A stretch of DNA of 64,000 bases. Origin: Paraphysomonas bandaiensis (lineage: Eukaryota > Protista > Chrysophyceae). The position numbers and the translations under genes were made by a program. The notes under the pieces were generated by a model that saw only the letters and a program-made list of their open reading frames with translations, ran no database searches and was not told the DNA's origin. Of this stretch, positions 1 to 14,259 are shown one piece after another (positions within the stretch are counted from its first letter, which is position 1; each line of letters starts with the position of its first letter). The stretch covers positions 62,001 through 126,000 of the forward strand of contig CBFFRP010000209.1 in NCBI GenBank assembly GCA_965644295.1, read 5' to 3'.

Positions 1-35
1 TAATATATTACATACACAACAACATCAATATACAT

Positions 36-416
36 CTATTTACCAATTACTAAATCAACGGCCTCTAATAGCATTGTATGGAGTTCATAGGACGTGCGTT
101 GAAGCTTATCCACAGCTTGTTCAGACAATACATATGCAGATTCATTGTTCCAGTAGGTCTTACGGGTGTTACTCGAAGTGTTTTTCCATACCGCAACACC
201 ATAATTATCTAATTGGCTTTGAGGTAGCGGATATCTCTGTTTAATACGAGTTATATCGCGTTCTTCTGTCCCCCCCTCGCTGCAATGACCTTCAGTAAAA
301 GCTATTGCGCACCATACTCCTGCCACTGCTGCACAGAGTGTATGAATATGTTTCCTTTGCTTATAGGATGATATATGTATACATATACCGCGAAATATAT
401 TATGATTAGTGAGCAT
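36..416 (-). CDS. Glutathionylspermidine synthase-like (ATP-grasp, YgiC/YjfC-type) protein, 5' exon; gene continues off the window's left edge
   Basis: Translation contains YWNNESAYVLSEQAVDKLQRTSYELHTMLLEAVDLVI, matching the YW..E...Y.....I......ELH.M..EAV N-terminal motif of GSP synthase domains; probable GT donor near 44. True start uncertain. Confidence 0.7.
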   Translation of the reverse strand: MLTNHNIFRGICIHISSYKQRKHIHTLCAAVAGVWCAIAFTEGHCSEGGTEERDITRIKQRYPLPQSQLDNYGVAVWKNTSSNTRKTYWNNESAYVLSEQAVDKLQRTSYELHTMLLEAVDLVIGK

Positions 417-1664
417 ATCTGAGTTTAGTTCGACTGCACTGTAACTTGTTAGATTACATACACAGTACTTCTATTGGATGATATGATGAAGTAGATAACA
501 CACGTTCCTTTGATTGGTTAACTTCACTGGAACTTCTTCTTCTACGAATGTTATGTATGAGGTGAGATACGAAGTACAAGAAGCAAGCAATGCCAACAGC
601 GCGCCTAGCAAATTCTGGTGTGGAAAAAAATGAAGAGTTTTAGGTTCAAGAAAGTTACAAATCAGCAGCATTTCTAGGATTTTTTGTAGATCAGAAGCTT
701 GTACTGCTGGCCCTTTGACATACACATATCTCCTCTGTCTTAGGAGTGCTGAAGATACACCAGATAGCTATAGATGAATTGTAAGATAGGAAGGGACCCA
801 TTAAATAACGCACTGCACATAAAGTAAAGTATATGATATCTAACGACACATATAGTTTGTTTACTCATGTTATAACTGACATATGATATATCTTTGTTGG
901 AGTGTCTAGTTTATCTCAGGGAGAACATTACCTCAAGTTGCGTCCATCTGATCGGCTACTTACATTACTGCGATTTATACTGAGAGCTGCCAGTTTAATT
1001 AATCTTATATGAAAAAAACTGTGCATATGGTTTTGTAGGAATTATATCATATCTACAATATGACCGCTCGAAACCCGAAAGTGTTACTAATCAAAGTAAA
1101 TTCACAGCAGCACTAATCTGTGGGGTACATAGAGAATGATGTTGAACTGATATGCTCCCTCTTGATGGTTTCACTTGACGTTTTCACCACCTCAGCGCTT
1201 TGGGATGGATATCAAGCTCACTTTTTTCCTTAACTGAATTGAGTCGTGTGTTATATCTTGACGAAATATGTTTCATTGAAGGCCTTCAAATATAGAAAAT
1301 TAGTTATACGTTGCGTGCTATGTTACATGCTTTAGTAGAAGTGAAGACTTAAATTGACGTGAAACGTTTGTGTAGAGTACTTATAAGACAAAGTTTTGTT
1401 AAAATATCACCAACTCCTGGAAGTATGGTAGATGGTAGTAGTACGTTGAATTGCTGGTAGTAGTGGTATTTATTTCGTTGCAACGATATAGCACTACTAG
1501 ATCAGTAACCAGCTGATAACGTAGAAAGAAGTATTCAAGCTATTTCTGATCGATAGCAACCACATTAAAGCAACTAAATAACATCGAGGCAAAAGAAATT
1601 TATTAATAAAATTAAGGATACATAAAGTATCAGTATTAGCATCGTACTACGTAACATTAAATTA

Positions 1665-3749
1665 TTAGACAGCGTATTTCTCTCTCTCCCACTCATCCAC
1701 AGATATATTCATTAATGGCGGTGATAATTCCGTAGATATTGATAATTTCGAATATTCTAATTCCAGAGCATTCGTACCATCATCTCTAGTTGACTCGTAC
1801 AGTTTACTAAGCTCTGTAGGTGGCAGTAGCTGCGTTCTCTCATCGACAATAATGGCACCCAGATCCTTATTACAGGCAGCATCTACACTACGTCGTATAG
1901 TATGAGAGAGTGCCCTCCGAACTAAGGTGTTTCCCAATCCATCCGCAGTAACATCCATCGATTCAAGTCTCTGAAAAAGAGAAACACTCCTGGTGAGGTC
2001 CATCTCGTCAAGAATATCTTCCTGTATAATTTTTTCGAAAATATTCTCAAGAGTGATGATTCCTTGAATACGACTGGCATTAGGAAGGGGTATTTCCTGT
2101 ATGAACATGAACATTTCCGTCAAGTGAGTTTCAATGTATGCCGTTTTATATTTACCGTATTCTTAATATTGTTTAAAGTTGCCTTCGGGTGGCGGGAAAC
2201 AAGGGCCAAATGGGACTTTCCCTCTTGAAACATATTTAAAATATCAAGTAGACCATCTTTCTGAGTTACAATCAGGGGTTCCCTGATGGTCATGTCACTC
2301 ACTCGGCAGTTGTCGTTTGGATCGACCTGCCGAATAATGTTAGAAAAGGCATGACCTCGAACTAACATTGAGGTATGTAGTGCCAACTATCCCCATATGG
2401 CTCATATGAAAAACGATAAATATAAAGTCACTGCATCTAATCTATATATCAGGGAGAAATATGTTCACTCACAACAATAAGTTCTTTCACAAGCAAGAAT
2501 CCCCTTATGTTTTCTCTATCGCACTTCCTGTACACTGGGATTCGAGAATACCCGATGTCCAGTATCTGTTTCAACCCCCTGCGTAAAGGACTAATTGTCA
2601 AATAAACACAATAACAATCTATTTATAATGTTATACATGTAGTCATAAACCTAGTCTATCATAAACGACCTGACCTTTTGTCCAGTACCATCTCGTCTGA
2701 CACCATACACACATCTTTTACTGGAATGCATAAGTCTCTTGCGGTCATCTGGGAAAGCCGCATAACACCTGTCATTATACCGATCTAGTGTCATTTAAAA
2801 CTTTAATTAGCTGCTGATATATCGAACTAAGTGGCATGAAGTACCTCATCTCGGGACAGAAACTCAGTGACAGGCTTGTGTGAGTAAGGTGAGGAGATGC
2901 CGGATAGATTAGATGCCGTAGATTTGCGAGAAAACGGGGGAGTGTGTGGTGTGGAAGACTCGTCATCGTCTGAATTACAAATATTTTGTCCATCCGACAC
3001 AACCATTCTGTAAAAATATTTATTAAGTATCAAAAATATATTCCTCTCTCTCACCTTTGCATAGAACCAATAAACGCCTCTTTCATGGTAGGACTATTCA
3101 TAATGATTATAGCCTCAAGCTCTCGTCGTGTTAAGTGTTCGTCCCCATCGTGGCCTTCACATCCGAAAGCATAGTCCAATAAAAGGCTGATTGGGTATGA
3201 GATGGGGTAGAGAATATATATCAATCCCCATACAAACGAGCTCAGCTTAGTAACTAGTGCCAATTGACCAGGACCTGTGAAAAGTGCTGAAGGAATTATC
3301 TAGAAAAATCAGACGTATTAGCAAGATAAATCTACAATATATCCAAGTCATACCTCACCACAAATTAAAACAAGCGTCACAGAGAGAAGAACAGCAACAT
3401 AATTCGGGACAATTTCTTCAAGAAAAACAGGCAATGCCTCGTTCGACACTGCATTAAACAAAAGCAAAGTCACAAGAAGCAGGTGATGACGTTTTACAAG
3501 AGGAAGAATAGCAGTCGCAGCTTCTTTCTCAGATGTGTTCCCGATTAAAGCTTTAATTTCTAACTTTTTTTTCTCGAGGGACAAAAGGCCCATTGTTAAT
3601 CCTGAAGCAAGAGCTGCACAAAGGACACATAGGAATGCCATCATTACATCGAGTGAAAATTCAATCTCCACTATATCCTCTTTAGTAGCCCACTGTGTGT
3701 GGTGATGCATCCTTTTCATTAAATCAAAATTCCACCATGAATTAGCCAT
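1665..3749 (-). CDS. CNNM/DUF21 + CBS-pair metal (Mg2+) transporter-like protein, multi-exon
   Basis: ALASGLTMGLLSL, HHLLLVTLLLFNAVSNEALPVFL, LICGE(IIP), YPISYPISLLLD, GYSRIPV, LNMFQEGKSHLALV, GIITLENIFEKIIQEDILDE across ORFs 3348-3749, 3051-3263, 2120-2386 and 1665-2123, separated by short GT-AG introns. Confidence 0.92.
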
Positions 3750-4314
3750 CTATTTCATATGTTTCTACCCTATCCACACTCTAACTATATCCACCCTGAA
3801 AGTACGTATCAAACACACAGATATTAAGCAGAAACTATACCTGCAGTGGTGATGTTACGAAAGAGTAACAGTGCTACGATGTAATACATGCACTAGATTA
3901 CCACCACAGATAAATATATATATATATATCACTCTGTAATATTATTATGCATGTATTGTATGATAGTAAACACCATGCATGTCATTATATCACATCCACC
4001 CAAAGATCGAAAAAAAACTCAGAACAAATAATAAGAGAGATATCTGATTTGATTGGTGGAAATACTTCAGTGATATGCATGTATGAGAATTCCGTATGCT
4101 CTCAGCTATTCCATATATATACATATATATATACATGTACATGTTCCGCCTCTCTAAGATCTGAGCACTATTTATTTATATGTGTCTTGATATACTTTCA
4201 TATCCGTATATTCTCTGGATTTATCACGGTATTTATTGAGGGATACTGCAATTCATTACACTCAAATCATTGTGATATTTGGATTCGTCGATAGTTAAAC
4301 AGAAAAACAGGAAT

Positions 4315-5335
4315 ATGCGCTCTATTTTTGTTGTTGCTATATTAGCGGCATTTGCTGCTTGCTACTTTAGGTCGTCGTATGATGACTATCAACCTTTCAG
4401 GTATAAGGAATACGGAGATGCGAAGAAGAATACTGTTGTAATAATTCCAGGTATGGTAAGGTTACCTCAGGATTTTCACAATTTTAATTGTGCTCAGGGA
4501 TAAATGGTGCTACTGCATTTTTCAATGATGTTGTTCCCCAGTTAACACTTCATTGTCATGTAATCGTATATCATCTACCCATAATTCGGAGATCTGATGA
4601 CGTAGAGAATTATACATTTGAATATCTTGCCACGGATTTAATGAGTGTATTGAATGAGTTGAACGTTACAAATGCATCAATGATCGGAGAGTGCTTTGGA
4701 GCTGTAGTTGCAAAGTATTTCACTATTCTGTACCCGACTTATGTATCTCGTCTCGTGCTTCTCTCTCCATTGGCTAGAATGTCGCTTCCTCCTGAGACTG
4801 AGTGGAAGATTAAATATATTTTGCCTATGCTCACAGAAATAGGCCGGCTGTTTCCTTCAATCTCACAGGTTTATCGCTGTCTGTAGATTTAGTGTGCTAA
4901 TCTAACACGGATATGCAGCAAATATTTGCCCTCGTACATGTTAGAAATGTGATGAGAGCAGGGGATCCGCAGTATGTCCGTGATTTGTTTGTCAAAGAAA
5001 CATCCTACGCTCATTTCTACTCTGTGATGCGCAGAATGTTAATTATATCCCGCTTGGATATAGTGAATGAAGTATCTGCAATCACTCAACCAACCCTGTT
5101 GGTGTACGGTATTGACGACGATTTCTCTAAATTTACCTCCACTGAGTTGAAAAGTACTATTAAGAACAGCAAGGTGAAGACGTTCCCCGGAGGACGCTAC
5201 CCCCATGTAACAGCACCAACGGAATTCTCATGTATGTGCATTGCTTTTATTGGCACCTCAGTTTCCAATGTGCATACGCCGAAAGTGGTAAACACTTTTC
5301 CTGTTGAACATCCAGCTCAACTATTGTTCGCCTGA
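4315..5335 (+). CDS. Alpha/beta-hydrolase fold protein with N-terminal signal/anchor, 3 exons
   Basis: MRSIFVVAILAAFAAC leader; VVIIPG(intron)INGAT oxyanion region; GECFG elbow; RLVLLSP; PTLLVYGIDD; two introns of about 50 bp. Confidence 0.85.
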
Positions 5336-6538
5336 GGAGTGATTTAAAAGAGACTTCTTACTATGTGCATAGTAAAATGTAAATGCCGTATCATGTTTGT
5401 ATTAGCTAGTATATAAGTGTCCAATAATAAGTACCTATACTTTCAATTCGCAAAGGATACACATCGCAAGGTGGTGTAACTACTTTGTTAAAATTGCACA
5501 ACTGAGACTAAAGTACTTGGCTAATGTTATCCAATGTAAGGTTAGATATATTGGTCGGCTTAAGTTTAACACTCTATGAAGTCAAAATTTCGTGCTACAC
5601 TCAGACACCTATATAATTGAACATACTCATAGCAACATATATATGAAATACTCAGTAAATATAGCAGTCAATATTCACAATTGGCCGCAGCAAAACTAAT
5701 AAAAGTCCTGATCACCGTGTGCTCATTTCTATCATAGAGGTCGCCATTACTGAAGTGGATTGAAGTTTTATCGTCAATGTTAGAGTATTAACTTCCAGCA
5801 CGACAAAGATATAATAGATTTTCCATATACGCCCTGTACAGTGGACTGTGATAAAGTGAGTGTAGCACGATATTTATTCCTTATGATCACACTGGTACAT
5901 TGCTATTCAGATAAGGTGATTATATCACGTCAGTGATATGGCGTTATATATAACGCTAAACTACGAAGTACCCCGTCCGTTCTCCATATGACTTGATTGT
6001 ATCTCAACTTAACTCGAACTCCTTTAACAATACAAGACCCATATAGACTATTCATCCACAGGGTCTACATCTTGTGGGCTATACCTCTCATATACTAGCT
6101 TGCTAGATATGGGTATGTATGACTATGATTCGTAGCAGGAGTGGAATGAGGATGCAACACCAGGAGACGTTTTTTGACAAAGTGGACCAGCCCCCCACTT
6201 GTCGGTCTGTATTTGGTCCCAGTCGAAATAAAAAAATTGTACTCATTTTGACTACAATTTCAAAGCTCTACACTCACATTCCATACGAAAAAACACAATA
6301 CAAAAAAATGAAGTGGGACCAGACTGGTCCGCTTTGTCGAAAAACGTCTCCCAGGAATAGAATACAGTGTCCATTATACATTGTATTTCGTTGTCGTGTA
6401 ATTCTGTATTTGTGAACTGTATTCACGTATTCACGTAAGATGAGAGTGAGTCTGTACTGCTGTGTTGTGTTAATGGGCACTGATAGTGGCATATATCGCC
6501 TGCATTGCATTATAACTATCTATAGAAATCAGTATTCA

Positions 6539-7883
6539 ATGAAACGAACTGCTTTACTGACATGTGGTCGCAATGTTTTGCAATCTAGAGGAGTGGGTAT
6601 TTTTGGAGCTCTTGGTCATAGAAATTTGAAAGACTGTGTTGATTTCAAGACCATAGATATAGACCACCATGAAGCTGTTGCAGTTGCTGCTGGATTAGGG
6701 CACTCATGTATTGTAACAAAAGAAGGAAAACTTGCTTTTTTTGGACGTGCATTTGACCTTCGTTCTATTTTTAGAAACTATCAGCTTTATAGAATCTTTC
6801 CTTCCTTTGCTCGTTTGGCTGGGAGACTAACACAACTGGACGGTGAGAAGGGGAAAGAAGAGGTATCCCTCACACCAAAATTTGTTAAGCGTTTAGATAA
6901 AGAGTTTATAAAATCGGTTGTATGCTCTGGTGGACTCACTGCTGCCCTGACTGATAGTGGACGGCTGTATTGTTTCGGGAATAATGCATATGGTCAGTGT
7001 GGTCTCGTTGACCTTCGTCATAGATTCTGGGAACCATTACTTCACGTTGGCGTCCCTGCTGTTGCAAGAGTAGATGTTGGTTTACAGCACTGCTTATGCG
7101 TGTGTATTAATGGGAAAGTATATACTTGGGGCAAAGGCTCGGGTGGTCAGATGGGTAATGATAGTGACACAGCCGTCAACTCGACTCCAGTTTTAGTTCC
7201 AATAAAAGCCAATTGTGTCGCTGTTGCTGCAGGTCTAAATCATAGTGCTGCATTAGATACTCATGGTCGTGTATATGTGTGGGGTAAGCGCATGTCGTTA
7301 GACCTCGTGACAGGTACGGAGAAAACTTACCAAGGTACGTAATTACACTTCTTCAATTTACTCGTATTGATTTCCGATGTGTTATAGACCAGCGCTCACC
7401 TCGAATTGTGAATCTTCCTGAGGGATTGAGGGCAGTGGATTTGTATTGTAGCAGTTTCACTACAGTAGTGAAGTGTCATGATAACTCCATGTGGGTCATG
7501 GGACTAGATGAGACAGATGCGACACTCATTACTTCTTTTGTGCAGGTATAGTGATTTGTTCTCTTGTAAATTCTTGTAGTAATATTCTTATTCAGGTGAT
7601 GGCACCCATAGATTATTCTAAGTACAAGGGAATGTCTGAAAGGGACATCTCTAATCTTCCGGAAAACAAGACTCCATTCATTGCCACTGATAATCACACA
7701 ATAAAGAAGGGTTACCCTGCTGTTACTGTTATTTCAGATTGTAGAGAAAAAGTATACGATGTTGTACTTGCCAATGGAGAGGCCCGGTTAGTGCAAGTCA
7801 ATTTAGAACCCCGACATCACGGGAAAATAGTAGATTATTCCAATGGGTTCAGACATAGTCTTCTTGTAACAGATTCCACATAA
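6539..7883 (+). CDS. RCC1/BLIP-II repeat protein, multi-exon
   Basis: Repeated VAAGLGHSC, LYCFGNNAYGQCG, VGLQHCL..GKVYTWGKGSGGQMG, AAGLNHSAAL..GRVYVWG, NGFRHSLLV. Start taken at MKRTALL (6539). Confidence 0.88.
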
Positions 7884-9097
7884 ATCATACTAATAATTAT
7901 GTTGCTCTGAGATGTTGTGTTTTACTAAAGGACTATTATGACTGATTAGGTTGTATTATTTTCTCAAAGATTTCAGATGTACAGAATTAGAACTGCCTCT
8001 TGAAAGATTTCGTATATCATAGGTATACAACTCATGTAATGCAACCGAAATCCTTATTCAGTACCATTCGCATCTGTGATCATTACACACCACAATGATA
8101 TCTAGGTATTAGTAACTGAGCATCTAGACATCTAGTACTTTAAGCTAGATATGTTTCTTGTCCAACATTGTGCAAGTGTCCAATTTAAGAAGTATACTTA
8201 GCTATCACTCAAACTAAAGTTGCAAACATAGGTCTACGGTCTACGAGTACCGCCCCCCCCCTCCTGCTTAAAGCGATTGGTTTATATATTTATATTCTTT
8301 ATTCCTCGTGGCCTAAACTTCGACATGTGGGTATATACACATAATTATGTTACTACTTCTGGTACACGAATGTAATTGAGATAGTAGTTGTAGTATTTGT
8401 TGTATATAATGTTATGTTTTTTTTTTGAGATCCTTTACTTATTCTCTTGGTGACTGTCACACCAAACTGTATGTAGTGTGGATAGCAATGGTTTTTACCA
8501 TCTTGTTTACAAGTACACTAGGAGGTTAATTGTTACTAGAAAGCGCACCTGGTATGTGTATTGGCATGGTGTTGTTGTACATTATTTCTTATATATTATA
8601 TAGTACTAGCTCCAATATGGATCCATGCCCTCTAGAATCGAAGAGAGAGTCTTCAGTACGAGGGAGTTGAGGAACCTACTACAAAATGGGTAGGTAGTCG
8701 TCGCGTATCTGCTGTGTCCTCTTTGATTACCGTTTATAATTAATGAACCGTACTTATTATTACTATATTGTATATTGTAACCGTTATATTTCTGGCTTTT
8801 TGATCTTTAACTTATACAATATCTATTAGCTATCATTAAAGCACATCTGCTTCACTACTACTGAAATATTAAAAGGTAATGCATTCAACACAACTTCTAT
8901 GTATCTTGAATGTTGGAAGTAAGTAAGAAACAATTCCTGTTGTGCATAATATACTAGCTCTAAATGAGACATGAAATATTACAAACGAGAAGTACTATTA
9001 CTTAATATCTTAACTACAATACGCCCACAAAAATACATCACATAAATTAAGTGTGGTATCCATTACCATTTCAGCCACCATTTCCTTGGAGGCTTCT

Positions 9098-9598
9098 TCA
9101 ACCGGAACTCTCGTTTCTCTGACAGCGCCTCTTTTTCTTTCGGGACTGCACTGCCTTCATATCACACATCTTGTGGTATTTATAGAAGGAGCTTCTACTG
9201 CAGGTTGAGACTTCCTCATCAATGGAATTTAAATTTCTTTTGGCTGTGGACGAGGTTGCTTCTTTGAAGGCAACCTTCAATTCATTCAAGTTCATTCCTC
9301 TTTCATACACCTGGTTGAATCTCTCAAATGCCTCGTCATCACACACCACCGGCCTCCCTACTCGCTCATGAAAACACGCCCCTTTGTCCAACTTCCTTGA
9401 CCACCTCTGAAATGACTTTCTACTAATAGTTGGGTACAAATTTTCCATAGCAGCAGGTGTGATGCCTTCCTGTCGCATCCATAGAGCCACATTTCTCTTT
9501 AATGAACTTGAAAAGCGTATGCCCGAATAGTTTTTACCTAAGCGGAGTGGGCATTCCTCCAGAACTATGTCGGGGTAATGACGACATAAGGGTCTCAA
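9098..9598 (-). pseudogene. Transposase-derived helix-turn-helix ORF (Tc1/mariner/pogo-like N-terminus), no DDE domain
   Basis: HTH-like LKRNVALWMRQEGITPAAMENLYPTISRKSFQRW followed by a GRP motif (VGRPVVCDDE) and a second helix (CSRSSFYKY); no catalytic region or TIRs seen. Confidence 0.45.
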
Positions 9599-10184
9599 TG
9601 AAAGGATCTAGAATATGTATTAGATCTCTTGGATAAGCCAATTCTTTGTAATTATCTTTTCTCAGCTCATTTTAATATCCAAATAGCCAACCCGCTTATA
9701 GCAGCATGCATTGTGGACGGCATGAATAAAAGCACTGTGTGGTACAGCAGTGCATTCAACATATAGAACTCAACATCAGAATATCACTTATATCTTGAGG
9801 AGCTACTGCATGATATCACACAGTAATATATTGATTGCCCCAGTGATATGTTGTCCAATGAAAGTAGTGTAAATTGCTTTTAGGCTATATGAGTGGTGGA
9901 ATGTTGAGATGTGAAAAAGTGCAGAACATTTTTTTGAATGGATTGGACAGAAGACTCAAAAATTCAAAATTCAAGTCCAAACAATGCGATGTAAAGTACA
10001 GGAGGTGTATACCTAACATTGTATGTATGTCCATGTTCGAGTATTTCCTATGAAAAGAAGTGTATGTATATTAAAATTCAATTACTTTGACTTCATTCCA
10101 TTTGGTTGAAGTGAAAGTAAGTTTAGAAGGAATAATTTATTATTATTTTCATAATTATACAGTCATTTCATTAATACAATAACG

Positions 10185-13100
10185 ATGACAACAAAGAGGA
10201 AACACTCAAGTGTGGATCCTTCAAGTGTTCATAGAACAGAGAAACGAAGAGCAGTGGATGATACAGATAATTCTGCAATTAAAGATGAAGAAAATAGTTT
10301 TGAATGTGAAGAAGAATTAAATGGAGAACATCAAAAAGATACAGAGCCACCACAGAGTCCGGATGATGATGAGGATATGCTTATCGACGACGAGGTAGAC
10401 TCTATGGATGAAGAGGATGACACTTATTTCGAGGCGGGTATTATACTGAAAGTGAAAATGGAGGACTTTATGTGTCATACAAAGTTCTCTGTGAAACTTG
10501 GCAAACAAGTTAATTTTTTGACTGGGAGTAATGGAACAGGTTGCTTTGTTGCAAGAACCTTGTAATGTGCGTTATATTTATACTCCATAGGGAAATCGGC
10601 AGTTGTCGCTGCAATCCAACTATGTCTGGGAGCCACAGCGAAGAGATCAGGTCGAGCTAATGCGTAAGTTGCTGGTTGTTGGTCATTCTTATGCTAAATG
10701 TCATGAATAGCGTGAAGGACATGATACGGCAAGGTTCCCCTGGTCCAGCTATTATCAGCGTAGAGTTACGCAACGAGGGTGTGGACGCATACAAGCCTGA
10801 AGAATATGGTAATGTTATAATAATTGAAAGAAGAATAGCGAAAACAGGCTCGTGTGGGTACGCATTGATGAATAAACGAGGAAAGGTAAAACGATGAACT
10901 TATATTTTCATTCGCCTGTAGGATGTCGTGACTCAACTCATTTTGGAATATTAGGTGATTTCGAAGGAAAAGAGAGAGCTTGAAAAAATTCTTCAAAATT
11001 TCAATATATATGTGGACAATCCTTGCTGCGTATTGACACAGGACCAGGCCAAGACTTTTATCAACGGAGCAGAGCATGACAAGTATGTGTTTTTTCTTAA
11101 AGCCACTGGGCTGGAGCTGATCAATGAGGAAGTGGTATCTTGTGAAGAGACGATAGAAGCGACTAAGGAGCAATTGGCGAAGATGAAAAAAAATTTATCT
11201 TCGAAGCGATCATCTATAGATGCCTTAGAAAAAGAATTAAAGATACTTGATGCGTTAAAGGATGATGAGAACGAGATAAGGGTGTGTAGTGCTAAGATGT
11301 TATGGTGCGAGGTGGAAGAGGCCAAAGAGGTGGTGCGTGAGTTGGAGAAGCAACATGCGGCAGATCTGTCTGCAGTTGAAGAGGCACAGCAAGGTCTGGA
11401 TCGCGCACAAAAACAGCTGGACGAATTTGGTTCTATTGACGATGCCTCTCAGTCCTTAGAGGTGCTTCAGCGTGAGAGGGAATCCTTAAAACAGGAGATG
11501 GATGCTGTTATGGCTCGTGTCCGGGAAGCATCAAGGCGAGACAATGAACAAGGTAGTGTCCTTTGCGCTCTGCAGGACCACCTGGAAGCTCAAAGTTCTA
11601 GAATTGAAGTTGTTAAGAAAGAGGTAACTGCTTATTCAATGTCTCATTTTAAGTATAATATCTAATGCTATCGTATTTTCATAGATTGCGGATCTGGAAG
11701 CAGCTGCAATGAGTAGTGCAGAAGAAAACGACAAGGCACTTGTAGAGAAATTGATGCTATGCAGCGAGTATGTAGCTGTTTATATTGTTATTGTGAGGTA
11801 GCCCTCGATAATTTGCTTTCAATATTTCTGTAGTAATTTAACCGAGCTTGAGAATCAAAGGGAAAGAGCATCGCATGAGAGCAAGGAGGTCTATGCCCGA
11901 GTACATAACCTAGAGCGCGACATACGAGCGAAACAGAATGAGTGTAATGAAGCACGAGCACGAATGACACGCATGGAGCGAGAACTCAAGGGCTTATCTC
12001 AGGGGGACAGATCAAGAGTTGGATTATTTGGTGGAAATACGTTAGCTCAGGTATATTTGCTTTGCGTGGTTAAGCTTTTACTATGTGTATATCAATTCGT
12101 CGATCTGAGTATATATACATTGACACTACCTATAGCTATTGGATAAAATCAACGGAACAAGATTTGAGTCTGGGGTGTTTGGCCCACTTGGTATGCACAT
12201 TACTCTGAAGGAAAAGTTCAAGCATATGGGGAATGCGGTCGAGAAGAGCATATGGAGCGTACTGCATAGTTTCGTTGTGGACAATGTGCATGACCGCAAC
12301 AAACTTATGTCAATGATAAAATCCGTCAGAGCTGAGAGACAGTTTTCTGTAATATTTCAACACAAGCGTCCGAAGTACGTTATAAATTCGGTCAGGGATA
12401 CTGACGTCGTGCTTATCGCTGACGCTATTCAAGTGGATCAGGATATTGTTTTCAATGTTCTTGTGGATCAATGCCGTATTGACCAAGTGATAATTGTGAA
12501 GGATGAAATAGAGAGCAATTCCAAGTGAGTGCTCTAACCTAAAGCGTATTCTCCATCAAGTAGTTGTCTATAGGACTATTCGTGTTAATGGCCGAGCAGC
12601 CTTTGCTCCTGGAATCAACCAAGCAGTAACTTTTGATGGGAGGGTAATCAGTTATCGCAATGGTAACAAGAGCTCGGAGCAGAATCGATTCCCTTATAGA
12701 CAGCTCCTTGCAGCTGATACCACAGAAGCTATTGCACACTTTGAGAACGAGATAAGTGTTGCTCGGCAAGACGTGGCTGCTACGGAGCATGAAATTGCGG
12801 GACTACTCTCAGAGAAGAGAGAATGTGATAAATGCCACAGAGAAGTGGAAAATAAGGTGTGCGCGAACTGTAAGTCTTGACATGAAACGTTCCTTATTTC
12901 GTGTTAGATTAGAAAGTTGGGCTCTGACATAACTGCTAAACGTGGCGAGAAGAGCCAACTGCAGGCGCAATTATCTGAGTTGCGTGCCCTGGATAAGGCA
13001 GATGTCCGATTTTCGGCATTTGAGAGTGAGCTGCAAGAACTCAAAGATGCCGAGGAAGTCGTGAGGCAGAAGATCAAAGACGCTGAAGAGGAGAGGAAAG

Positions 13101-14259
13101 CATCGAAGGAAGCACTCAGTCAAGCGCAGGTGTGCTTGTTTGTTTACACTTTGGTGGCTTTTAATATGTATATCAGGAAGAAAAACAGAAATGTGATGTG
13201 CGAAGAAGAACTCTCGCGGCTGAAATGGCGGAAAAGGAAGAGGTGTTAGAGAATTTTATTAATAAGCAAGACAAGGTCAAGCGTAATATTGAACGTCAAA
13301 GGAAGGTTGTAGCGAGGAAGACTCAAGTTGCTGAGGAGGCGAAACAATTGATTGAAAAACACATAGAAATTCTTCGAACGAGAGAAGAGGAAGCTAATTC
13401 TGGTACCCCTAACTATATTAGCGATTGGGATGGGAGGCCATTAGAGTTGTCTAGGAAAGACACGAAAGAAGGTCTGACCAAAAAAATCTCTAAGCTCAAA
13501 GAACAGGTGAATTGTAATTGTGAGTGTGCGCCTAGATAGCACTAGTGACGTGAGTTTTGTGCAGATAAGTAGGAGTAGGGAACGAGCAGGCTTACAGGGG
13601 AATGTTGATCGCGAGAGGCTCAACGCGAAACTAGCGAGTGCTAAAGACGACTTTCAAAGCAGCTATGATCAATACAAGGACATCAGACGAAGGTGCAATG
13701 AATTGACAGAGGACAACCTTAAACGCAAGGAGCTGTGGCTTAAAAGTGTTAAAAGTTATGCTAGGTTGGTGGCGAGAAATTTTGATATGTACATGCAGAA
13801 GAAAGGTTTATCCGGGACAGGTAATAATTGCTACTTCGTAATTCTTCATCTTAATCGATGGTGGTAGTTGACTTCAACCATAAAGAACAAAAGCTATATA
13901 TCAGAAGTCAAACAGACAACTTAGATATCACCTCCCGATGTGAAGATATACGGCAAATGTCTGGTGGAGAGCGGTCGTATACTACTCTTTGTTTACTGCT
14001 AGCTTTGGGACACGTTATTGAATGTCCATTCCGTTTGATGGACGAGTATGATGTTTTCCTTGATCAAATTACAAGGAAAGTTACTTTGGATACCATTAAA
14101 AAGTATGCGTTGGACAAGGAGCAGAAGGGTAGACAGTTCATTATCATGACTCCGCAGTCGCTGAGCGATGTGATAACAACGGATGAGGTCCGAGTGCATC
14201 GTATGCCCATGCCAGTACGCTTGCAGCAAGTGCTGGAGTTCGGAGAAAATGGCGCTTAA
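10185..14259 (+). CDS. SMC6: Structural maintenance of chromosomes protein 6, many short introns
   Basis: DFMCH, Walker A GSNGTG(intron)KSAV, NPCCVLTQD Q-loop, FFLKAT, coiled coils, hinge FGPLGMHI, signature MSGGERSY, Walker B/D-loop FRLMDEYDVFLD, QFIIMTPQ. Confidence 0.95.
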
